Source of the DNA: an uncultured Hormoscilla sp.
Lineage (GTDB): Bacteria > Cyanobacteriota > Cyanobacteriia > Cyanobacteriales > Desertifilaceae
DNA: 64,000 nucleotides
Direction: 5' to 3'
Assembly (NCBI GenBank): GCA_963921275.4
Contig: OZ001293.3
Location: 1 to 64,000, forward strand
The notes under the pieces were generated by a model. The model was not told the DNA's origin. It was given only the letters and a program-made list of their open reading frames with translations, and ran no database searches. A program made the translations under genes and the position numbers. Of the stretch, positions 35,662 to 47,855 are shown piece after piece (the stretch's first letter is position 1; every line of letters begins with the position of its first letter).

Positions 35662-36195
35662 TTAGGGCACGGCCATGCCCCGCTGCACCGCCGGACGCTG
35701 CTGAACCGCTTCCATCCAGCGTTTCAAATTTCGATGATTATCCAGAGTTAAACCCACAAACTCATAGACAGCAACCCAAGGATAAATCGCAATATCCGCG
35801 CGATGCCTGATTTTTCCGGAACGGTGGGGTTTTTGCCATGCATCCCTCAGGCATCGATCGAATAATCCCCGCCGCAGACAAACTCATGTCCAGATAACTG
35901 CGTATCCAAGACAGCATAGAGTCGCAGAGTCTCCTTTTCATAGCGGGCGATCGCATAAGGAATCTGTTCAGTTGCAAAGCGCTTAAAATGACTAAGCTGA
36001 CCAAACATTGGGCCCACACCTCCCATCTGCAACATCAACCATTCTATCACATGAAAGCGACTTTTTTGGTCAGTGGTGAGTAATTTTCCCGTTTTTTCCG
36101 CCAGATAGATCCCGATCGCACCCGACTCAAACACAGTTATCCCCGTATCCCGGTCGATTATCGGTAATGATGGCGAATTGAGCGCTATTCTGAAC
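35662..36195 (-). pseudogene. Glutathione S-transferase (YfcG-like), 5'-truncated and interrupted by a palindromic insertion
   Basis: FESGAI, QMGGVGPMFGQ; YSI and ADIAIYPW separated by the insertion at 35801-35856; ends RPAVQRGMAVP*. Confidence 0.85.
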
Positions 36196-36635
36196 CGTCA
36201 GATGCAGTAATAACTGGACAAGGATTCAGCGATCGCCCCCAGCTGGGGGGCGGTTGGAAACTCCCGCCCGTGAGTCAGGAATTTTCTGGCTGCTTTGCTT
36301 AGGGTTATGGCCCTAACGTGATTTGTTGTGAACATGACATTTGTTCTCTCTAATCCCAAGCCTGCCCGTTTCTGCCTTGGGGATTTTTCCAGATATGCAA
36401 AATCCCTCCAGAAAAGGATTAACAGATGCACCCTGATGCTTTCCCTTAGCGCCACCGCCTGCTAGAGGATTTTTTTGCCAAATTGATTTACCCTTGAGAC
36501 AGATTAAACTGCAAGCAGCTTGAAGAACTCTCACTCGTTAAGCTGTTATGCATTATATTTTCATCAAGAGAAAAGCCCAGAGCAATGTTCATAAATTGCT
36601 TTGGCAATTGGGAATGAGAGAATTTTGAATCGCTT

Positions 36636-38640
36636 ATGACCGATTTTTCCGAAACGGTAGAACCGCCCGACCCGAAAAACAACCAGACCCTTGACCAGTT
36701 AATGATGCACCGGTGTATCGAACTCGCTCATCGGGCTTGGGGACGGACAGCTCCCAATCCCTTGGTGGGTTGTGTAATATGTAAAGATGGTCAGATAATC
36801 TCAGAAGGCTTTCATCCCCAGGCAGGGGAACCCCATGCCGAAGTGTTTGCCTTACGGGATGCTGGAGAACATGCCCGGGAGGCAACAGTCTATGTGAACC
36901 TGGAACCTTGCAATCACTACGGACGCACGCCTCCCTGTACGGAAGCTTTGATTGCTGCTGGAGTCAGTAAAGTGGTAGTGGGCATGGTTGACCCCGATCG
37001 CCGAGTATCTGGAACCGGCATAGAAAGGTTACGTGCCGCTGGCATTCAGGTCCTAGTGGGTGTAGAAGAGGATGCTTGCCAGCAGCTGAATGAGGCATTT
37101 ATCCATCGGATTCTTTACCAGCGTCCCTTTGGGATTCTAAAATATGCCATGACCCTGGACGGCAAGATTGCGACAACCCAGGGTCACAGTACCTGGGTGA
37201 CAGGGGCGGAAGCGAGAAAATGGGTGCATCGGTTGCGATCGGCTAGCGATGCGGTTATAGTTGGCGGCAATACGGTGCGTCAGGATAACCCCCAACTGAC
37301 AACCCATGGGGTGAGCGATCGCAATCCTTTGCGGGTAGTAATGTCTCGGCAGCTGGACTTGCCCGCAGCACCGCAGCTGTGGGATACGGCAGTAGCTCCG
37401 ACTGTAGTCTTTACTACATTAGGGGCCAATCGGGATATGCAGCAGAAGCTACAAAAACAGGGAGTCGAAGTTGTAGAACTTTCCGATCTCAGCCCAACTC
37501 AGGTAATGGCCCATCTCTATGAACGGAATTTCCTCTCAGTTTTGTGGGAATGTGGGGGTGCCCTGGCCGCCCAGGCGATCACGGACGGTGCAGTGCAAAA
37601 GATTGCCGCCTTCATCGCCCCGAAAATCATTGGCGGCACAGGGGCCCCCTCGCCAGTAGGAGATTTGGGGTTCACGGCCATGACTCAAGCTTTACCCTTA
37701 AGGAGACTGTGCGATTCGTTCTAGCCTAACGTGCTCAAACACGGAACGCTAGCCCGGTTTCATTAGCCGGGAACTCTGACCGCATGGGGGTTAAATTCCC
37801 CTCCCCCCAGGTACGGGGGTGACACCGGTCCTCGGTGCTACGAAGCGACATCATCGTGGTGCTAAGCGAGGACTCAAATGTAGGATAACTGGCAGCCTAA
37901 GCCGGTGACGCCGCTAGGAAAGATATCCAAGGTTAGAGCAGGCAAACATGTGCAAGCCTCGTTATAAGGAACCAGCGAAATAAGGCTATATGCGCTGGCC
38001 TAAAAAGGAAATGGTAGCTAGTATTAGTTTTAGACTCTGGCTAATATAGTACTCAAATAGCTCCCGGGGTATAGTGTGGACCTAAAGGTATCGCGAAATG
38101 TTGTTAGGGAACGAAGTAACCTCTCGTGTGCTGTCCATCAGGACAAGTTAGATGTTAAGCGCAAGCCACGGGGGGAGGGATGGCCCAAGAAGCGAATGCC
38201 CGGGGTAATTCCTGGGATAACATCTACAGTAATGTAGATGATGCTGGGTAGCCAGCGCTGACGTGGGTCGGTGATACTAGGAAGCTGCTGGAATGGGTAA
38301 TCCTAAAAAGCCACGGAACTAATCCGAAACGCAAGTGGAGGATAAGGTATGGATAACTGGTAAAACTGACTTGAAAATGGTGATACTAACGGTTATCAGA
38401 ACAACCACTCGCTAAACCAGGAAAGGGAAGAAAAGACAGGCGGCAAGGGCTAACGGAAGTAATTCCTATTAAGTCTACCTATGAAAAGGGCCTAGTACCC
38501 AGTAGCCGGATGCGGTGAAAATCGCAAGTCCGGTTCCGAAAGGGAGGGTCGGGAAGCGATTCCCGGCTCGACCCCATCCGCAACTCACCCAGCTAGGGAA
38601 CGATTTTTTGCTTACAGGCTACTTACAATTAAAACAATGA
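36636..38640 (+). CDS. ribD: Riboflavin biosynthesis deaminase/reductase RibD, split by a group II intron (exons 36636-37708 and 38580-38640)
   Basis: HAE, LEPCNHYGRTPPC, KYAMTLDGKIA, ECGG. Removing the intron gives RRL-QLTQLGNDFLLTGYLQLKQ*. Confidence 0.93.
37709..38579 (+). mobile_element. ORF-less group II intron, family A, copy 3
   Basis: 871 nt, about four substitutions relative to the other copies. Confidence 0.95.
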
Positions 38641-38661
38641 AGAAAGACTAACAACAGTTTT

Positions 38662-39363
38662 ATGCTTGAATTCGTGGTATACAGCTTATTTATCGGTAGC
38701 CTGGGTCTAGAAGCTCTGTTAACTAGCAACTGGTTGTACAGGCGGCAACTATTACTTGCCAAGCAAAATCAGGTGGAGGAGGAAGAAGTTTTGAAGGAAT
38801 ATGAATCTAATATGGCCCAACAACCGCAGCCGCAAGTCAACGGCTCCGCCAAGAAGGCCCATTATACTGCTCCCCAAACCGGAGACTGGGAATATAAGAT
38901 TGTCCGCGCCAGCAGCGACCTATTTCGAGACCCCAAGGTTTTTCACAAGTTATGTCTAGAAGAGGCAAGGGCGGGCTGGGTATTGCTAGAAAAACTCGAT
39001 AATCAGCGGGTACGCTTTCAGCGGCCTCGGGCATCCTGTCAGGCGATCGCACCTGGACCTCGACCTATCGATCCTTATCGCTGCCACTACGGCCCGAGTA
39101 TGAAACTGCCCAAATGGGTAGGCCCGATCGCCATAGCGACTTGTATAATTATTCCCGCCTACGTGGGTTACAGTATCATGTTAGGGATCATAGAATCGCG
39201 CAGGCAGCCCAGCATCCCATCTGGCGATACACCCCAGTCTCTTCCGGAAGCACCACCCACGGTTAAAGGCAGTCCCCAGTCGGACAGGAGCTTGGTGACT
39301 GGTGCTGATGGAAGACCAGGCAGGGTTTCACCTAGTCTGTACGATGTCCTCCCGGAGCGCTAA
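38662..39363 (+). CDS. Hypothetical membrane protein
   Basis: 233-aa ORF with hydrophobic segments and a WEYKIVRA..F..LC.EEA.AGW.LLEKLD block. Confidence 0.7.
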   Translation: MLEFVVYSLFIGSLGLEALLTSNWLYRRQLLLAKQNQVEEEEVLKEYESNMAQQPQPQVNGSAKKAHYTAPQTGDWEYKIVRASSDLFRDPKVFHKLCLEEARAGWVLLEKLDNQRVRFQRPRASCQAIAPGPRPIDPYRCHYGPSMKLPKWVGPIAIATCIIIPAYVGYSIMLGIIESRRQPSIPSGDTPQSLPEAPPTVKGSPQSDRSLVTGADGRPGRVSPSLYDVLPER

Positions 39364-39389
39364 TCGCACAAAAGGGAGGACATCGCCGA

Positions 39390-40172
39390 TCAATCAAGAA
39401 TTTGGGACAAGAACTTCTGGGTGCGCTCCTCCTTGGGGTTGTTGAAAAATTCATCTGGCGTCCTATCTTCTACTAACAGACCATCCGCCATCAGCACGAT
39501 CCGATCGGCCACTTCCCGAGCAAACCCTACTTCATGGGTGACGACTACCATTGTCATCCCTGAAGTGGCCAGGGTGCGCATTACGTCCAATACTTCCCGC
39601 ACCATCTCTGGGTCCAGTGCTGAGGTGGGTTCGTCAAATAGCATGATCTTCGGTTCCATTGCTAAGGCCCGGGCGATCGCCACCCGTTGCTGCTGACCCC
39701 CCGACAGTTGACCCGGATACTTCTGCGCCTGCTCCAGGATCCCAACCCTTTCCAACAGCTGCATGGCCTTCTCTTCGGCATTGGCCTGGGGCCAGCGACG
39801 CACCCAGATCGGAGCCAAGGTGACATTTTGCAGGATCGTCAGATGCGGAAACAGGTTAAACTGCTGAAACACCATCCCTACTTCCCGCCTAATCTCTTCT
39901 ATATTCTTCAGGTCGTGGGATAGGTTAATCCCATCTATGACTATAGAACCCTTCTGGAATTCCTCCAAAGCATTAAAGGTGCGGATAAAGGTCGATTTCC
40001 CAGAACCACTCGGTCCCATGATTACTACTACTTCCCCCCGCCGCACCGATAAACTGACACCCCTCAGGGCGTGAAATTTATTACTGTACCATTTGTGAAC
40101 ATCAGTGGCGACGATCGCCTCGAATGAGTCATTCTGTAATTTTGTCTGTAATTGCTTTGTTGGTTGTGTCAT
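39390..40172 (-). CDS. Polar amino-acid ABC transporter ATP-binding protein
   Basis: [35 protein letters not shown]. Confidence 0.95.
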   Translation of the reverse strand: MTQPTKQLQTKLQNDSFEAIVATDVHKWYSNKFHALRGVSLSVRRGEVVVIMGPSGSGKSTFIRTFNALEEFQKGSIVIDGINLSHDLKNIEEIRREVGMVFQQFNLFPHLTILQNVTLAPIWVRRWPQANAEEKAMQLLERVGILEQAQKYPGQLSGGQQQRVAIARALAMEPKIMLFDEPTSALDPEMVREVLDVMRTLATSGMTMVVVTHEVGFAREVADRIVLMADGLLVEDRTPDEFFNNPKEERTQKFLSQILD

Positions 40173-40641
40173 TTTCCTGTTATACTACTTAGGGTGAGGG
40201 TTGCTTAGCATCATATTTGAGAATTGAGCAATTGTTAATTGACTACTGACTACGCAACGTTGCACAACGACGGTATGATAAGGGTTGAAAATTGTTAATT
40301 GTAAATAGTAAATTAAAATTTTCATAAATAGCCATATATTATGTATGAACGAACAATTTTCAACCTCTTAATTGCTATCATCCCAAAAATGTGCAACGCC
40401 CGCAACAATAGTTAATCATAGCCATCTAAATTACGCTTTTGTTCTTGAAAACGTTGTATCCGCGCCTGAATGTCCGTGACTGTGTTCCGAATTTCTCTCC
40501 CAGTTTTTTATGTCGAATAAGATGCCATTTTGGATAATTTCACTAATAGCTGCTGTCATGGTCGATTGTTAATTTAGGTTGAATTTTGCTGATCATGGTA
40601 GCATTTAATGGTAGGGTTTCGTACCTCAACCCTACCTACAA

Positions 40642-41856
40642 CTAGCGATCGCCTGTATTGAGTTGTTTTTCTAAGCGGCGACTAGCCAGAGACATAGCAT
40701 AGCAAAAACACCAGTAAAGTATCCCTACGAATAAGTATACCTCGGCATAGCGCCCCAAAAACTTGGGATTGGCTAAAACTGAGTTACTGATGCCCAGCAA
40801 TTCTACCAGTCCTACCAGGGCTAGCAATGTTGTATCTTGAAACAAACCGATGAACTGACCCACGATCGCGGGAATGACCGCTTTGAGGGCCTGGAGTAAG
40901 ACAATCAGTCCTAAGACCAAGGGTGTATTTAATCCTAAAGCTTTCGCCGCTTCTGTTTGACCTCTAGGAACTGATTGTAGTCCCGCCCGGACATTTTCCG
41001 CCAGATAAGCTGAACTGAACATCGTCAGACCAACGATCGCCCTTAGTACCCGATCCGGTCGCATACCCTCTGGCAGGAACAATGGGATCATAATTTGTCC
41101 CATAAACAGAATTGAGATCAGGGGTACTGCCCGGACGAATTCAATATATAGAACGGAAAACCCGCGCACTACTGGCAGGGTACTTTGTCTTCCTAATGCT
41201 AGCAGAACGCCAATGGGAAAGGACAATACTATGCTGGTCACTGCCATGAAAACAGTCAGAATCAGACCCCCCCATTTACTGGTGGATACCTCTTTTAATC
41301 CCAAACCTCCAGCTATCAACCACAGGACAATAAAGAATGCCCCAAACCAGGCCAATGATAGCCAACAACCCGGTATCTTTTTCCCTACTTGCTGACCTCC
41401 CCAAGCAGTTCCGACTAAGACCCCCACCATTAACAGCAGTAACAGGCGATAAATAATTGGGACTGGCACTAGCATTAATGCCCCAGAAGTTACCCCGACA
41501 GCAATTAATATTTTCCCACCGAACAGTTTCCGGCTTTTTCTTGCCAATACTCCCCAAGACAGTCCTGATAACAGGACTGCGATCGCCAAGATCGCCCAGA
41601 TGCGCCAATAGTCATCCTGAGGATATCTACCCACAAAAAATAAGGCCAGGTTGGCTTGCAGTACCCGCCACTGGGCGATCGTCGTAGCCCAAACCAGAAA
41701 TCCTTTGATAGTTTGGAAGAATATGCCGCAGAGTATTACTGTCAGCAGACCGTTGTACCAGGTACTAAATAGGTTTTTCTGTATCCACTTTACCGGATCT
41801 ACCTTGAGTTCTGGTGGCGCTTCTATATTAGTATTTTTGGGATTAATGGTTGTCAT
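40642..41856 (-). CDS. Amino-acid ABC transporter permease (AapM/BztC/NatH-like)
   Basis: LLALGRQS, YIEFVRAVPLI, AYLAENVRAGLQSVPRGQTEAA. Confidence 0.9.
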   Translation of the reverse strand: MTTINPKNTNIEAPPELKVDPVKWIQKNLFSTWYNGLLTVILCGIFFQTIKGFLVWATTIAQWRVLQANLALFFVGRYPQDDYWRIWAILAIAVLLSGLSWGVLARKSRKLFGGKILIAVGVTSGALMLVPVPIIYRLLLLLMVGVLVGTAWGGQQVGKKIPGCWLSLAWFGAFFIVLWLIAGGLGLKEVSTSKWGGLILTVFMAVTSIVLSFPIGVLLALGRQSTLPVVRGFSVLYIEFVRAVPLISILFMGQIMIPLFLPEGMRPDRVLRAIVGLTMFSSAYLAENVRAGLQSVPRGQTEAAKALGLNTPLVLGLIVLLQALKAVIPAIVGQFIGLFQDTTLLALVGLVELLGISNSVLANPKFLGRYAEVYLFVGILYWCFCYAMSLASRRLEKQLNTGDR

Positions 41857-42169
41857 ACTTCATCCGGTGTGGTCAAAACCAGTTGGTTGGTAAAGTAAAA
41901 AGCGTTCGGGGGGTCCTCTCGTGGGGGCCAGAAACCCGGTTTCTTCATCAACTCTCGCTTTTCCTCTCGTTCCCAGGTTCTAACTGGGAACGGTCTTCTG
42001 ATTTTTCTGAGGTTTGTAGTGAGGACTTCCGTCCTCACTACAAACCTCAGTTGCTCAAGAGCACCCCTGCTACCAGAATAAACACTAATACTGCTAGGAC
42101 TTGCAGTGCTATACGCCAGAACCGATCGTCTCGCCATAGAGGGATTTTATCATCTTTGTTCCTGGTCAT
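41853..42169 (-). pseudogene. Internally deleted first permease (AapQ/BztB/NatG-like)
   Basis: MTRNKDDKIPLWRDDRFWRIALQVLAVLVFIL..SN stops at a palindrome; about 150 bp of repeats replace the gene body. Confidence 0.7.
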
Positions 42170-42186
42170 CTTGCTAATTGCTAACT

Positions 42187-44095
42187 TTAGTGGAAAGGAG
42201 GAGAATAAAGCAAACCTCCACGAGTCCGTGCGATTCGTTCTAGCCTAACGTGGTCAAACACGGAACGCTAGCCCGGTTTCATTAGCCGGGAACTCTGACC
42301 GCATGGGGGTTAAATTCCCCTCCCCCCAGGTACGGGGGTGACACCGGTCCTCGGTGCTACGAAGCGACATCATCGTGGTGCTAAGCGAGGACTCAAATGT
42401 AGGATAACTGGCAGCCTAAGCCGGTGACGCCGCTAGGAAAGATATCCAAGGTTAGAGCAGGCAAACATGTGCAAGCCTCGTTATAAGGAACCAGCGAAAT
42501 AAGGCTATATGCGCTGGCCTAAAAAGGAAATGGTAGCTAGTATTAGTTTTAGACTCTGGCTAATATAGTACTCAAATAGCTCCCGGGGTATAGTGTGGAC
42601 CTAAAGGTATCGCGAAATGTTGTTAGGGAACGAAGTAACCTCTCGTGTGCTGTCCATCAGGACAAGTTAGATGTTAAGCGCAAGCCACGGGGGGAGGGAT
42701 GGCCCAAGAAGCGAATGCCCGGGGTAATTCCTGGGATAACATCTACAGTAATGTAGATGATGCTGGGTAGCCAGCGCTGACGTGGGTCGGTGATACTAGG
42801 AAGCTGCTGGAATGAGTAATCCTAAAAAGCCACGGAACTAATCCGAAACGCAAGTGGAGGATAAGGTATGGATAACTGGTAAAACTGACTTGAAAATGGT
42901 GATACTAACGGTTATCAGAACAACCACTCGCTAAACCAGGAAAGGGAAGAAAAGACAGGCGGCAAGGGCTAACGGAAGTAATTCCTATTAAGTCTACCTA
43001 TGAAAAGGGCCTAGTACCCAGTAGCCGGATGCGGTGAAAATCGCAAGTCCGGTTCCTCAAGGGAGGGTCGGGAAGCGATTCCCGGCTCGACCCCATCCAG
43101 AGGTCATTTTGACCCCGAGGTAGTTTTAATTCTGAATTCTTCCCCAGGTTGCGATCGTATACTTGCCCGTAGTTTCCTACATGCTTGACTATTCTAGCAG
43201 TAAAATCATTACTCAAACCCAAACCCTCTCCTAAATTCCCTTCTACTCCCAAGAAACGCCCGATCGTCGGGTTATCCGATCTTTTCATCATCTCCACATT
43301 AGCACTTGTGATACCCAACTCCTCTGCTTCTATCAAACTGTAGGTCACCCATTTCACCACGTCAAACCAGGCCGAGTCATTATTAATTGTCGCTGGTCCC
43401 AGAGGTTCCTTGGACATAGTTACATCCAAAATTATATGATCTTGGGGATTGGGAAAGTTACTGCGGCGGGCTACTAATGCTGATTTATCTGCCGTCACTC
43501 CCTCACAGCGTCCTTCTAAGTATGCTGCAAAGGTAGCATCTGCCTGCTGATATGCGATCGGGGTAAAATTCACTCCTGCTTGGCGCATTTTATCGGTTAA
43601 ATTCAGTTCCGTGGTCGTCCCCGTCCCCACACAGATAGAAGTGCCTTGCATATCTGGCAAAGACCTGATGCCACTATCTTTGCGCACCATCATCCCCTGA
43701 CCGTCGTAGAAAGTCGTGGGGGCAAATTCCATGCCCACCAAACTATCGCGACCGAGAGTCCAGGTAGTATTGCGAGAGAGGACATCCACCTCGCCACCGT
43801 TGAGGGCCGTAAACCGTTCGCTAGCTTCCAGGTTGCGGTACTCTACTGCTTCTGGGTTGTCGAACAAGGCCGCCGCCACTGCCCGACAGACCTCCACATC
43901 TATACCAGAATATTTACCGTTTGAGTCTACAAAGCTAAATCCTGGTAAAGTGCCGCTGACGCCACAGATCAGCTTGCCCCGTTTCTTGACTATATCCAAG
44001 CGACTTTGCTTCTGCTCTCGCAACTCGCTACCACAACCCATTATTGGTGCAATAGCAAGTAGGGTGGCTAGTAGCAGAGGTTTCCATCTAGGCAT
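42187..44095 (-). pseudogene. Amino-acid ABC transporter substrate-binding lipoprotein (AapJ/BztA/NatF-like), antisense intron near 3' end
   Basis: LICGVSG.LPGFS, LSRNTTWT, SKEPLGP. Removing the intron restores NDLWTRGGLLYSPPFH*, matching the paralog. Confidence 0.9.
42228..43098 (+). mobile_element. ORF-less group II intron, family A, copy 4
   Basis: 871 nt; the empty site CACGAGTCC/AGAGGTC is present in the paralog at about 44155-44170. Confidence 0.97.
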
Positions 44096-44122
44096 CGGTT
44101 TTGTCCTTACTCTCTCATAGGA

Positions 44123-45159
44123 TTAGCGGAAAGGAGGAGAATAAAGTAGACCCCCACGAGTCCAGAGGTCATTTTGACCCCGATCGAGCTTGAACTGGGA
44201 TTTTTGCCCTAGGTTCCGCTCGTATATTTCCCCATAGTTTCCCACATGCTTGATTATCCTGACCGTAAAATCATTTGTCAAACCCAAACCCTCTCCCAAA
44301 GCCCCTTCTACCCCCAAAAAACGCCGGATCGTCGGGTTATCCGATTGCTTCATCTGTTCTACATTAGAGCTTGTAATGCCTAACTCTTCCGCTTCAAAGC
44401 GTAGGTTGCCCACTTGACCACGTCAAACCAGGCCGAGTCATTATTCACCGTCACCGGTCCAAGAGGTTCCTTAGACATAGTCACATCCATCAGGATATGC
44501 TCCGAAGGATTGGGCAGGGTACTGCGGCGGGCGATCAATTTAGATTTATCCGATGTCATGCCCTCACAGCGCCCTTCCGCATATGCTGCATAGGCCGGGT
44601 CAGCTTTTTGAAATGTCAGGGTCTCGGCCTTTACCCCTGCTTGGCGCATCTTGTCGGTTAAGTTCAGTTCTGTAGTTGTCCCTGCTTCCACACAAACTGA
44701 TTTCCCTGCAAAATCTTTCAAAGTCCTAATCCGGCTGTTTTTGCCCACCATCATCCCCTGGCCGTCGTAGAAGGTAGTCGGCGCAAACTCCATCCCCACC
44801 GAGGTGTCTCGACTAATGGTCCAGGTAGTATTGCGAGAGAGCATATCTACTTCGCCGCCGTTCAGGGCCGTAAATCTCTCTGTCGCGTCCAGGTTCCGGT
44901 ACTCTACTGCTTCTGGGTCGTCGAACAGGGCGGCTGCCACTGCTTTACAGACATCCACATCTAAACCGGAGTATTTACCGTTCTCATCGACAAAGCTAAA
45001 TCCGGGGATACCACCGTCCACTCCACAGTTTAGCTTGCCACGGCTCTTGACTGCATCTAGGCGACTTTGTTTTTGTTGTGTGTTATCAGTCTCTGCACAG
45101 CCCATTACTGTTCCCACGGCAAGCAGGGTGGCTAGTAGCATATTTTTCCATCTTCCCAT
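44123..45159 (-). pseudogene. Tandem paralog of the amino-acid binding lipoprotein, frameshift at about 44397
   Basis: Two overlapping ORFs together give a full-length protein. Confidence 0.85.
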
Positions 45160-45316
45160 AGGTTTTTTACTCTCCTTTCTGTTACTTTCTGCGCGCGTTC
45201 CCTGGGCACATAAGCTAGAGTTGCTTCTGCGCTCCCTTATCACTCTTGATATTAGCAGGATTTGTACTGCCTATACTTTATCCCTTACCTACTATGGGAC
45301 CCTTCGTTCGCGCTGG

Positions 45317-45547
45317 TTATGTTAGGGAGTCTGCTGATAGACGTTGCTGAGCTATGTCCCGGATCAGGGATGACCTAGACTGGATGTACTTCCCGATCAG
45401 ATCCGCCTCCTCCTCGACCAGCTGATGATCTCTGCTCAGCTGCTTCACCAACCATTGCACTAAGCTAGCATCGTCCAGTTTCAGCAGCAGATGCGCTTGG
45501 CTGTTTTCGATCGCCGACCATAGCTGACGTAGCATTGTGGGAGTCAT
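45317..45547 (-). CDS. Small conserved hypothetical protein
   Basis: MTPTMLRQLWS..LL.LDDASLVQWL; GGAGG-type RBS. Confidence 0.7.
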   Translation of the reverse strand: MTPTMLRQLWSAIENSQAHLLLKLDDASLVQWLVKQLSRDHQLVEEEADLIGKYIQSRSSLIRDIAQQRLSADSLT

Positions 45548-45838
45548 CTTCCCTCCACCTTAATCTTTCTTTTATATTTCCAGCATACATATTTGGCTTT
45601 CTATCACAATATTTTACTAAGCTATGTGACAATAAATACAAATAACTTAAAAAAAGCTATATATTTCTTTACAAAGCTGTGAGCGCCAGTGGTCAAAATT
45701 TCGTGATAATTGAGAATGGTGCCGGGGATAGAACATCAACCACTTCGATGCCTGAGGGATGCTAGCTGCTGCTGCGCCAGCGCGGCTAACGCAAAAAACC
45801 CTCAGGCATCGAACCATCAACCATACCCATATGGGAAA

Positions 45839-45911
45839 TGGAGAATACCGGACTCGAACCGGTTGCCTCTGCGGTGCGATCGCAGCGCTCTACCAACTGA
45901 GCTAATTCCCC
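45839..45911 (-). tRNA. tRNA-Ala (anticodon CGC)
   Basis: Reverse complement GGGGAATTAGCTCAGTTGGTAGAGCGCTGCGATCGCACCGCAGAGGCAACCGGTTCGAGTCCGGTATTCTCCA folds as a cloverleaf with G3:U70. Confidence 0.95.
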
Positions 45912-45946
45912 TTACCAGCGACCAGCACGGTGCTGTTTAATCTATT

Positions 45947-46675
45947 CTAGCACGAGCTCGGGGTTTGTGGGGGTAATTCCCCAGAAAAAATTTGTTGAAC
46001 TCGGTCTAGTTCTAATTCTATCAGACGATCGACGGTCCAGTTGGCTTGGCGCTGGAGCATGTGAAAGGGATAGGTGTTGGCCACCCCGACCACCTGCATG
46101 CCAGCACGATGGGCGGCCTCAATGCCTGCTGGGGTATCTTCGATCGCCAGACAATCTTTTACTTCTAGCCCTAGTTCCGGATGCAGTTGCTTGAGTCGTT
46201 CCACCGCTAGCAGATAACCGTCTGGTTCTGGTTTGCTCAGAGTAATGTCATCTCCAGCTACTATGACCGCAAAGTGGGGCAATAGCTCAGTTCGACTTAA
46301 CACCAGTTCTATCTCCCCATGCAATGCGCCGCTGACCACCCCCATTTTCAGCCTGGCCAGCCGTAACTTATAGATTAAATCCTCTACGCCTGGGTAGATG
46401 GGTAGTTTCTCTTGGGTTTGCAGTTGACGCTGGTATGCGATGGACTTGCGGTCTATTAGCTGCTTCAGGTAGCGGTCATTCACCACTCGGCCCCGACTCT
46501 CTAGCAGGGCCTTCAGACAGGCCCGATCGCTTCTGCCCATACATAGTTGCCGGTACTCGGCTGGATCGGGTCGCAGGTTTTCCCCCAGCAGTATTTCGTC
46601 TATGAGCTGCTGGTGGATCTCCTCGTCATTGACGATCGTGCCGTTGAAGTCAAATAAAACTGCTTTCAGTGTCAT
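45947..46675 (-). CDS. HAD-family phosphatase
   Basis: FDFNGT, KPEPDGY, AIEDTPAG. Confidence 0.9.
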   Translation of the reverse strand: MTLKAVLFDFNGTIVNDEEIHQQLIDEILLGENLRPDPAEYRQLCMGRSDRACLKALLESRGRVVNDRYLKQLIDRKSIAYQRQLQTQEKLPIYPGVEDLIYKLRLARLKMGVVSGALHGEIELVLSRTELLPHFAVIVAGDDITLSKPEPDGYLLAVERLKQLHPELGLEVKDCLAIEDTPAGIEAAHRAGMQVVGVANTYPFHMLQRQANWTVDRLIELELDRVQQIFSGELPPQTPSSC

Positions 46676-46684
46676 ACCAGGATT

Positions 46685-47551
46685 TTAAACTGCTGGTGCG
46701 GGTACACCTTGATAATTGACAGTATAATTCATGGCCGCCTCCGAGTCTACTTTGGGTTTCGCGCCGGATGTCACTTGATGCAGCCACCACACCTCTTGGG
46801 TGTCCAGGGCCTCAAACCCCACTGCTCCCATCCAGGCGTCTAGGTTCCCGGCTACATAGGCTTTGATGTAGGGTTCTTCAAATATCTCTGTAATCCATTC
46901 TGCCTCACGTAGGTTTTTCTGGTTGCCATCGCCAACAAGCATTTGTCCGCCAGTACTCAGTAGCCGGAAGGCTTCCCGTAAGATGGCTTTGGTTACTGCT
47001 GGGGGGGTTTCGTGAAATAATAGGGAAGCGGTGACTAGGTCGAAAGCCCGATCGGGAAAACCCGTCTCTTCTGCTTTACCGTGACGCCAGGAGATTTGCA
47101 ACCCAGCTTTGTTTGCTTTGTGTTCTGCTACCAATAGCATCTGGGGGGACAGGTCTAAACCGATGACTTCCGCTTCGGGAAATGCTTGCTTTAACATGAT
47201 GGTTGTCGAACCGGTGCCGCATCCGAGGTCGAGAATGCGGCGCGGTTGACAGATAATGGCGTCGAGTAAGCTTTCCCTGATCCAAGTTTCGTTGGGTGGT
47301 AGGGCGTACTGGGTGATAGGATCGTAGGTTACGGCGGCCTCGACGGTGAGGTATCCGCCTTCAATGCCGTGGAAGTTTTGACTTGAGTAGTATTCTGGGT
47401 AGGTGAGAGTGGGGTTGGCGAGCCTGATGCACTCTCGTTCCCAATCTATGCTATTGCGAAACTGCTGTATCTGCTCGGCATTGAGCAATAGCCCAGCTAA
47501 GGGCGCGAGATACTTTTCCCATATCGTTTCAGTACCTGTGGCCATAGTCAA
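46685..47551 (-). CDS. Class I SAM-dependent methyltransferase
   Basis: ILDLGCGTGS, GLDLSP, FDLVTASLLFHE. Confidence 0.9.
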   Translation of the reverse strand: MTMATGTETIWEKYLAPLAGLLLNAEQIQQFRNSIDWERECIRLANPTLTYPEYYSSQNFHGIEGGYLTVEAAVTYDPITQYALPPNETWIRESLLDAIICQPRRILDLGCGTGSTTIMLKQAFPEAEVIGLDLSPQMLLVAEHKANKAGLQISWRHGKAEETGFPDRAFDLVTASLLFHETPPAVTKAILREAFRLLSTGGQMLVGDGNQKNLREAEWITEIFEEPYIKAYVAGNLDAWMGAVGFEALDTQEVWWLHQVTSGAKPKVDSEAAMNYTVNYQGVPAPAV

Positions 47552-47855
47552 CTACCTGCTTCCTCTTGATATCATTGGTATTCGATCGCCCCTCGTTATT
47601 CTATTATAGTGCTATCTGCAAGTGTCACCGTGCCCATCTGTGCGCAACTAAAACATCTGTCGGCAATAGCGATAAGTGCATAGACACAATGATTTTTATA
47701 TAAGGGCCTCACTGAGTCAGGCGTGATGAGTGAATTCGATATCAAAATCGCGATCGCTCAACTACTTACTATAACACTTACCATAATGTTTATATCAAGT
47801 CTGGGCAATGACTCACAACATTTGGGCCTCGGACTTGCACCGACAAGGAAGAAAT

